Positions 57,026-64,000 of a stretch of DNA of 64,000 nucleotides are shown here, one piece after another. Within the stretch, counting starts at the first letter, position 1, and each line of letters begins with the position of its first letter. Both the position numbers and the translations under genes were made by a program. This stretch comes from an uncultured virus (IMG/VR IMGVR_UViG_3300023236_000004) (lineage: Duplodnaviria; Heunggongvirae; Uroviricota; Caudoviricetes): IMG/VR virus record IMGVR_UViG_3300023236_000004. One strand, given 5' to 3'. A model generated the notes under the pieces. That model did not search any database and was not told the DNA's origin. It saw nothing but the letters and a program-made list of their open reading frames with translations.

Positions 57026-60000
57026 ATGGCCACTACTACAAGACAAACAAGTTTATTAGTTCAACAGGATTGGACTAAAATTTATCAAACATTTAAAGAC
57101 GCAAACTTTCAAAGTTTTGATTTTGAAACGATACGTAAGAGCATGATCGAGTACTTGCGTACTTACTATCCTGAAGACTTCAATGACTTTACTGAATCAA
57201 GTGAATACATTGCACTAATTGATTTAATTGCATTCTTAGGGCAAAGTTTAGCATTCAGAACTGATTTGAATGCTAGAGAAAACTTCTTAGACACAGCAGA
57301 GCGCAGAGACAGTATTCTCAAACTGGCTAAACTAATCAGTTACAACCCCAAGCGCAATATACCTGCCACTGGCTTTATTAAGTTTCAAAGTGTTTCTACT
57401 AGCGAAAGCGTCTTTGACAGCGAAGGTAACAATCTTGCAAACACGATTATCAACTGGAATGACAGTACTAACGAAAACTGGCTAGAACAATTTACGGCCG
57501 TGCTTAATGCTTCTTTGCTTACTACACAATCCATAGGTAAACCCGGAGCAACAAAAACACTCAATGGTATCAAAACTGATGAGTATACTGTAAAAATGTT
57601 AAACAACATTATTCCGGTCAATTCTTTTAACACCAGCATATCCGGAGTCACAACAAGATTCGAAGTAGTAAGCGCATCCACAGCAGAGTATGAATATGTA
57701 TACGAAAAAGATCCACAGCCCAACGGCCTGTTTAATTTTTTATACAGAAACGACAATCAAGGTAATGCATCAAATAATACTGGATATTTCTTCTACTTTA
57801 AGCAAGGTGAACTGCTTAATTTAAATTTTAACGTCAGTGAGAGTTTACCTAACCGTATAGTAAATGTTAATTTTAATAACATTAATAACAGCGACGTATG
57901 GCTGTATGGATTAGACTCCAACGGAACCATTGATACAGAATGGACTAAAGTCCCGGCTGTGAATGGTATTAATGTAATCTATAATAATACGTCAGAAAGA
58001 AATTTATACAGTGTCGGTACTCGGGCAAATGATCAAATTGATTTAGTGTTTGGTGACGGGTCGTTTACAAACATTCCCGACGGTAATTTTAGACTGTACT
58101 ACAGATTGTCAAATAATCAGACATATAAGATTACACCTGAGGAAATGAGTTCTATTACAATTAATATTCCGTATCGTAGCAAAACAGGACGTACTGAAAC
58201 TTTATCAGTTCGCGCCAGCTTACAGTATACAGTAACAAATGCAAGTAGTCGTGAGTCTCTTGACGAGATTAGAACAAAAGCACCACAACAATATTACACA
58301 CAGAATCGCATGGTATCGGGGGAAGATTACAATGTCTTGCCGTATACCACTTTCAGTACTATATTAAAAGCAAAAGCAGTTAATAGAAGTAGTTCAGGCA
58401 TAAGCAGATACTTAGATGTAATTGATGCAACAGGCAAGTATTCTAGTACAAACATTTTTTCTGAAGACGGAGAAATCTACAAAGAAGATGTTTCTACTGT
58501 AGCGTCAACATTCCAGTTTACAAGTAGGAGTGAAGTAAGTAATCTGGTACAAACTACCATACAAGATATTATTTCGCAGACTGATGTAAAACAGTTGTAC
58601 TACAGAACTGCCACACGACAAACACCAACAGCAACGTTTACACAAGTTTCTACAAGTAGTGGACGTAGTACAGGAACATTTAGTTCTGATAATTATATAT
58701 TCTTAACCCAAGGAGCTCTTATAAAGTTTAATGCTCCGTCGGGCAAGTACTTTAATGCACAAAATCAACTTATAACTGGCACTCCTACAACTGAGTTCCA
58801 ACGTACAAGTATATGGGCAAGCGTGATAAGTTATCCAACTCCTGGAGTTGGCAACGCTATAATGAGTGTGGTTGTTCCTAGTACAGCAATAGTAGGTGAG
58901 GTTATACCAGTATTTGAAAACTCATGGCCAGCAACACTTATAACTACAATTATTGATAATATCTTAAGTTTCAAAACATTCGCATTGCGATATGATATAA
59001 GTGAAATGGAGTGGAAAATTGTCAGCGAAGCCAACATTGGTACTGGGAATTTTAGTCTTACCAATGCAGGTAGCACTACAGGAACAAATTTAGATAACAG
59101 TTGGTTCTTGAGATTAAGCTACGACAATCAAGAATACAATGTGACCAGCAGGGGAACAAAATATTTCTTCGAAAGCGTCAGAGAAACACGATTTTATTTC
59201 GACCCAAACGCAAAGGTATACGACTCAAGGACTGCTACAACATTAATAGATGAGATTAAGATACTAAGGACCAACACAAAGCCTGACAGTTCGGATAGTA
59301 TTTTCTATCCTCAATCATGGGCTATCGACAATCGTGTTATCGCCGAAGATGGCACTGTTGATAATAGGAAAATATTAGTTACGTTCCCAGATGAAAATTT
59401 AGATGGTGTACCTGACGATCCTGACTTGTTTGTTACGTTTGTTGCCCCTACAGTTAATCCACAGAACAAGTATATATATTTTGTAGAGTCGCAAGATACC
59501 GTAAACTTCCTGCAATACGATCCTGTTGCAAAGACAGACATAGTTTCTAGTTATGCAACTGAAAGCGACGTTCTAAACAACATATCTTTGTACGCAATTG
59601 ATACAATCTTTTATGCGTACACTGACAATAAGTTTTTCCGATCCAGCGGCACTGCAATAACGTTACTTACAAATTACATTGCCAGAATTGGTAGAGAGCA
59701 GGTATCATTTCAATACAAGCATAATAGTCCAAACAATAATAGAATAGATCCTAGTCCAAACAACCTAATAGATCTGTATATATTAACCAAGGCATATGGT
59801 GACGACTACACTGCATACATTACAGATACAACAGCAACATTGCCAGAGCCGGTTGCACCAACCAGTGAAGACTTACAAACAGCATACAGCACTATCGAAA
59901 ATCTTAAAACTGTAAGTGACAGTTTAATATACAACGCGGCAACGTTCAAACCTTTGTTTGGTAGCAAAGCAGAGACAGAGTTGCGAGCAACATTTAAAGT

Positions 60001-60316
60001 GGTTAAGAATCCTAGTTCCAACGTAAGTGATAACGAAGTAAAGAGTTTAATAATTGAATCTATCAACACTTACTTTGATATCAACAACTGGGACTTCGGA
60101 GAATCATTTTACATGAGTGAACTAAGTGCATATTTGCATAGTGAATTAACACCAACAGTGAGTAGTATCATAATTGTACCTAATACGGGGTCAAACAGTT
60201 TTGGTAACTTATATCAGATTAACACAGAGCCAAACGAGATTCTTATAAGTGCGGCAACAGTTAATGATGTACAAATTATTTCTGCTATTACAGCAGGACA
60301 ACTTAATAGGGTATAG
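57026..60316 (+). CDS. gp6: Baseplate wedge subunit
   Basis: DFETIRK....YL......FNDF.ESS....LID..A...ENFLDTAERR.S..KLA....Y.P, FGDG, ES..EI...AP..Y.TQNRMV..EDY. Confidence 0.9.
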   Translation: MATTTRQTSLLVQQDWTKIYQTFKDANFQSFDFETIRKSMIEYLRTYYPEDFNDFTESSEYIALIDLIAFLGQSLAFRTDLNARENFLDTAERRDSILKLAKLISYNPKRNIPATGFIKFQSVSTSESVFDSEGNNLANTIINWNDSTNENWLEQFTAVLNASLLTTQSIGKPGATKTLNGIKTDEYTVKMLNNIIPVNSFNTSISGVTTRFEVVSASTAEYEYVYEKDPQPNGLFNFLYRNDNQGNASNNTGYFFYFKQGELLNLNFNVSESLPNRIVNVNFNNINNSDVWLYGLDSNGTIDTEWTKVPAVNGINVIYNNTSERNLYSVGTRANDQIDLVFGDGSFTNIPDGNFRLYYRLSNNQTYKITPEEMSSITINIPYRSKTGRTETLSVRASLQYTVTNASSRESLDEIRTKAPQQYYTQNRMVSGEDYNVLPYTTFSTILKAKAVNRSSSGISRYLDVIDATGKYSSTNIFSEDGEIYKEDVSTVASTFQFTSRSEVSNLVQTTIQDIISQTDVKQLYYRTATRQTPTATFTQVSTSSGRSTGTFSSDNYIFLTQGALIKFNAPSGKYFNAQNQLITGTPTTEFQRTSIWASVISYPTPGVGNAIMSVVVPSTAIVGEVIPVFENSWPATLITTIIDNILSFKTFALRYDISEMEWKIVSEANIGTGNFSLTNAGSTTGTNLDNSWFLRLSYDNQEYNVTSRGTKYFFESVRETRFYFDPNAKVYDSRTATTLIDEIKILRTNTKPDSSDSIFYPQSWAIDNRVIAEDGTVDNRKILVTFPDENLDGVPDDPDLFVTFVAPTVNPQNKYIYFVESQDTVNFLQYDPVAKTDIVSSYATESDVLNNISLYAIDTIFYAYTDNKFFRSSGTAITLLTNYIARIGREQVSFQYKHNSPNNNRIDPSPNNLIDLYILTKAYGDDYTAYITDTTATLPEPVAPTSEDLQTAYSTIENLKTVSDSLIYNAATFKPLFGSKAETELRATFKVVKNPSSNVSDNEVKSLIIESINTYFDINNWDFGESFYMSELSAYLHSELTPTVSSIIIVPNTGSNSFGNLYQINTEPNEILISAATVNDVQIISAITAGQLNRV

Positions 60317-60327
60317 GAAGATAAGCA

Positions 60328-63300
60328 ATGGCAGCATTCAAAACTCACCAGTTTTTACCTGACGTTTTTCAAACTGATACTAATAAAAAGTTTTTAAACG
60401 CTACAGTTGATCAGCTAGTTAATGAACCACAACTTAAACAAGTCAATGGTTACATTGGTAGAAAACTAGCACCTTCTTATAAAGCAACTGATAGCTATGT
60501 ATCTGAACCAACTGCATCGAGAGCAGACTATCAGCTAGAACCTGGCGTGATAATTAAAGATCAAATAACTAACAAAGTAGACTATGCAACAACTTATGTA
60601 GACATTGTTAATAAAATTGGATACGAAGGCGGCCTAACAAACAATCACAACAGATTGTTCGACAATGAGTTTTATACGTATGATCCTAAGTTAAGTTTTG
60701 ATAAATTTGTAAACTTCAGCCAGTACTATTGGTTAAGTTCAGGACCTAACCCAGTACAAATTACATCCAGTGGCATAAGCACACCCCAGACGTTTACTGT
60801 AACATATAATCCTGTAAACAACGCTTTTGAATTTACTGGCAGTGACAACGTGCCTAACCCAAGTATTGCACTAGCACGTGGCGGAGTATACGAGTTTGTA
60901 ATTAATAACCCAGGAAACAACTTCTGGATACAAGGCAAGCCAGGCAAGGACGGTATAGATCCTGATCTGAGTAACGTTGAAACTAGGGGAGTACTGGGAG
61001 TTTCGAATAATGGAACTGACTCGGGCACTGTAACTTTCACGGTACCTGGCGCAACAGCGCAAGATAGCTTTTTAGATCTCCCTACAGTAGAAGCAGTAAG
61101 TTATGCTACTGATTTGGCATTTAATCAAGTGCAAGGAGCCAAGCCACAGGAGTTAATTGACACATACGGCGGCATTGATGGTCCTGTTGCATATTTAGAT
61201 GGTGCTACAGTTGTATTCGTTAATAGAAATTACATTGATGATAGTTTCTGGATTGATGTTGCTAGAACTGAGGAAGGTGTCGTATACTTGGATCAGAGTG
61301 TACAAATTCCGTTATCCGAAAGGACTTCTGTTTACACTGTGTCAATACAGCCTGACGCTGCCGGCAATGATAGAATTTTCTTGGTACGTAAAATTGCTGT
61401 GCCTGAAAACAATAAAGTAAGAATTAAAGGTGGCGCTACATACGCAAGTAAACAGTGGTTTGTTAGAAACTCTGTTTATGAACTTGTACCATACATTACT
61501 GCCCCATTAACAAATTTATATTACCAAAATCAAGCTGATTCAGGTGCCAGTGGCATCATAAACATTGTTGATGCTGTAGTTGACACTATAGATCCTGACA
61601 GGGACATAGTAGGCGAAATAAATTACACAAGTCCTAACGGTGTGGTATTTACAAATGGTTTAAAAATTAGTTTTGACAGTACAGTTACAGCAAGTTATCG
61701 AAACAAAAACTATTATATCGAAGGTGTAGGCACAGGAATCAGACTAGTGCCTGAAGACGAGCTAATCAGTGTGGAAACTCTAAACGATAGTTTTGTTACA
61801 GCTGGAGGACTAAACTATCAAGTCAATGATAGAGTCACTATCCAAGGCGGAACTTTTACTACTGCGGCAATAGCAGTAGTTGATAGCATAACTAAAGATA
61901 CCGCGGTATTGTCAGCAACTATAGATCCTTCTTCAGGGGCAGTCACGGCGGTAACTATTGTAGATGGCGGTAGCGGTTACTTAGCAACGCCAACGTTAAC
62001 TTTTGCAAATCCATCAAGTGCATTTGGAAGTTTGGCTAGTGCCACAGCAACATTGACAAATGGTGTTGTTACAGCAGTTACACTAGCAAGTGGCGGCAGT
62101 GGATACGAGGCTAATCCTATAATTACAGTAACAGCCCCGGAGTCTGGATCAATAAAGACATTTAAGATTAAACAACGAGGAAACTACACAGTATTACCTA
62201 CTAATCCTGTTTCGGTAACAGGCGGGTCGGGCTCAGGCGCAAGTTTTGAAGTATATTTACAACCAGAGTACCAAGATTACATCACAGTAAACAGATCTAG
62301 CCTGGACAGAAATGCATGGAGCCGTGGCAATAGATGGGTACACATAGATGTTATAGAAAAGACAGCAGGGTATCTTGATCAAGAAGTATTATTAGATCAA
62401 GCACAACGTGCCAGCAGACCAATTATTGAATTTGACGCAGATTACCAATTATATAATAGCGGAGCAGTTGCTAAGTTACCTGTCGACATTTTAGACACTA
62501 CTATTACCAGAGCATTTCAACAAGTGCAAGGTGTGGTATCGGTCGACACAACAGTTTTTACTATAGGGACACTCACTCTTACAACCGGCGATAGAGTTAT
62601 ATTTGCAAGTGACTTAGATGACAACGTAAGAAACAAAATTTACAATTTTACTATTGAAAAAGCAATAGACGACCCGAGTGATGTTTACAAGGCATACTTA
62701 GTTGAAGCAGATGATGCAACAGTTGTAGACAACAATACTGTGCTGGTCCTGTCAGGAACCAATGGTGGTAAACAATGGTACTTCAATGGCTTCAGTTGGA
62801 CTATAGCGCAAGAGAAAACTGCAAATAACCAAGAACCGTTATTTGACGTAGTTGACAGTAAAGGCATAAGTTATTCCGACGCAAGTACATTCACTGGAAC
62901 AACGTTCACTGGATCTAAGATATTTTCTTATAAGCGAGGAACTGGCAGTAACGATACAGTATTGGGTTTCCCTCTCAGTTACAAAAACTTTACGAATCAA
63001 GGTGATATTGAATTTGAAAACACTTTTGATTCTCAAACATTCACTTACCTGGCAGGGACCAACAATGTTGTAACTCCACAAAAAGTGAATGCTGGTTATT
63101 TACAGAAGAACGTGTCAACTACAACATGTGCCAGAGACAACGTATGGGAAATTGCAACCAATTTTAGTAAACAATTTAAAATTTATGATTTTGTATACGA
63201 CGGCGTAACTAATTTATTCCCAATTGATAATTTGCCTGACGTTAGTACTAATTTCCCGCATATCAAAGTTTACGTCAACAACAAGATTGTAAGCGTGGGT

Positions 63301-64000
63301 AACTTTGCAACTACAAAAGTAGTAGATAAATTTGCAGTATTGGTTAATCCAGATCTGATTACAAAAAACGATGCAGTGTTTGTTGCTATCTTTAATAAAG
63401 ATATACCGGTCACTGCTAACGCACACTACGAAGTTCCTATTAACTTAGACATCAATACTTTGAATAAAAATCTGTCTACAGTTACACTAGGGCAAATGAG
63501 GAATCATCTAATAGAGCTGAAAAATAACAGTTTACGTGTTGTGGGTACTGTACCTGGAAGTAGTAACCTGAGAGACATTGTGTATAAAAACACATCAGGA
63601 AGTATACTTCAGCATAGTGCCCCTGCAGTGTATGCAGGACTGTTTTTAAATCACCCAACGATGGATTCGATTAACGCCATTAAATTAGCCAATAGAGAAT
63701 ACTCAAAATTCAGGAAGAATTTCTTAGAAGTTGCAGGAAAGATTGAGTTAGATTTAAACAACGTGCAGACTAGTTTTGATGCAGTGCTTCTGCAAATGCA
63801 CAGCGTTAAGAACAGTAGTTTCCCGTGGTTCCGTAGTGACATGATACCACATGGAGATGACAATAGATCATTGATTCCTACTTACACTGTTCTTGACCCA
63901 GAGATCACTGCATACGAAATCACAAGTATATTCAACGACACTATTCCGAGTAACAAATCTGTTTTAGTTTATGTGACTAGAACTGTAGATGATGTTACAA
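60328..64000 (+). CDS. Very large baseplate/virion protein (gp7-like position), truncated by the window end (>1220 aa); not in the ORF track
   Basis: ATG 60328 with SD AGGA. Reads MAAFKTHQFLPDVFQTDTNKKFLNATVDQL...DKFVNFSQYYWL. I saw no in-frame stop, and the ORF track lists no closed ORF in this frame. Confidence 0.85.
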   Translation, partial: MAAFKTHQFLPDVFQTDTNKKFLNATVDQLVNEPQLKQVNGYIGRKLAPSYKATDSYVSEPTASRADYQLEPGVIIKDQITNKVDYATTYVDIVNKIGYEGGLTNNHNRLFDNEFYTYDPKLSFDKFVNFSQYYWLSSGPNPVQITSSGISTPQTFTVTYNPVNNAFEFTGSDNVPNPSIALARGGVYEFVINNPGNNFWIQGKPGKDGIDPDLSNVETRGVLGVSNNGTDSGTVTFTVPGATAQDSFLDLPTVEAVSYATDLAFNQVQGAKPQELIDTYGGIDGPVAYLDGATVVFVNRNYIDDSFWIDVARTEEGVVYLDQSVQIPLSERTSVYTVSIQPDAAGNDRIFLVRKIAVPENNKVRIKGGATYASKQWFVRNSVYELVPYITAPLTNLYYQNQADSGASGIINIVDAVVDTIDPDRDIVGEINYTSPNGVVFTNGLKISFDSTVTASYRNKNYYIEGVGTGIRLVPEDELISVETLNDSFVTAGGLNYQVNDRVTIQGGTFTTAAIAVVDSITKDTAVLSATIDPSSGAVTAVTIVDGGSGYLATPTLTFANPSSAFGSLASATATLTNGVVTAVTLASGGSGYEANPIITVTAPESGSIKTFKIKQRGNYTVLPTNPVSVTGGSGSGASFEVYLQPEYQDYITVNRSSLDRNAWSRGNRWVHIDVIEKTAGYLDQEVLLDQAQRASRPIIEFDADYQLYNSGAVAKLPVDILDTTITRAFQQVQGVVSVDTTVFTIGTLTLTTGDRVIFASDLDDNVRNKIYNFTIEKAIDDPSDVYKAYLVEADDATVVDNNTVLVLSGTNGGKQWYFNGFSWTIAQEKTANNQEPLFDVVDSKGISYSDASTFTGTTFTGSKIFSYKRGTGSNDTVLGFPLSYKNFTNQGDIEFENTFDSQTFTYLAGTNNVVTPQKVNAGYLQKNVSTTTCARDNVWEIATNFSKQFKIYDFVYDGVTNLFPIDNLPDVSTNFPHIKVYVNNKIVSVGNFATTKVVDKFAVLVNPDLITKNDAVFVAIFNKDIPVTANAHYEVPINLDINTLNKNLSTVTLGQMRNHLIELKNNSLRVVGTVPGSSNLRDIVYKNTSGSILQHSAPAVYAGLFLNHPTMDSINAIKLANREYSKFRKNFLEVAGKIELDLNNVQTSFDAVLLQMHSVKNSSFPWFRSDMIPHGDDNRSLIPTYTVLDPEITAYEITSIFNDTIPSNKSVLVYVTRTVDDVT

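Noticed and set aside
1..64000. Stop-codon reassignment, inteins or introns in core genes
   Set aside because: Core genes are intact in code 11; TAA, TAG and TGA all end genes; I saw no intein motifs or split genes.

Overview
A 64-kb stretch of the morphogenesis region of a large T4-like (probably jumbo, aquatic) myophage genome. It is AT-rich, uses the standard genetic code and is densely coding. It carries the head module (portal gp20, core proteins, protease gp21, scaffold gp22, major capsid gp23), neck and tail genes (gp4, gp13, gp14, gp15, sheath gp18, tube gp19), many tail-fibre and virion proteins, a tape-measure-like gene, baseplate genes (gp26/gp51-, gp48-, gp53-, gp27-, gp5-, gp25-, gp6-like, plus a very large wedge ORF that runs off the window and is missing from the ORF track), gp46/gp47, the late sigma factor gp55, a dNMP kinase and a Nudix hydrolase. 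T4-type late promoters ((T/G)ATAAATA) and a few sigma70 promoters are visible. The most interesting signals are non-coding or unannotated. (1) Downstream of the capsid gene is a self-contained unit: promoter, tandem glnA-type glutamine riboswitch, an unannotated 35-aa peptide and a terminator, followed by a GC-rich orphan DUF1778/TacA antitoxin with no toxin. (2) About 420 nt of densely base-paired, ORF-free sequence lies directly 3' of a small GIY-YIG nuclease gene and contains two AGUGAC-N10-AGAUGAA units flanking a hairpin; this is a candidate nuclease-associated, possibly guide-type, ncRNA. (3) A T-TTT-TTC -1 slippery site would fuse the gp26-like and gp51-like ORFs, like the lambda G/GT tail chaperone. 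All family assignments come from motif recognition by eye; no searches were run.
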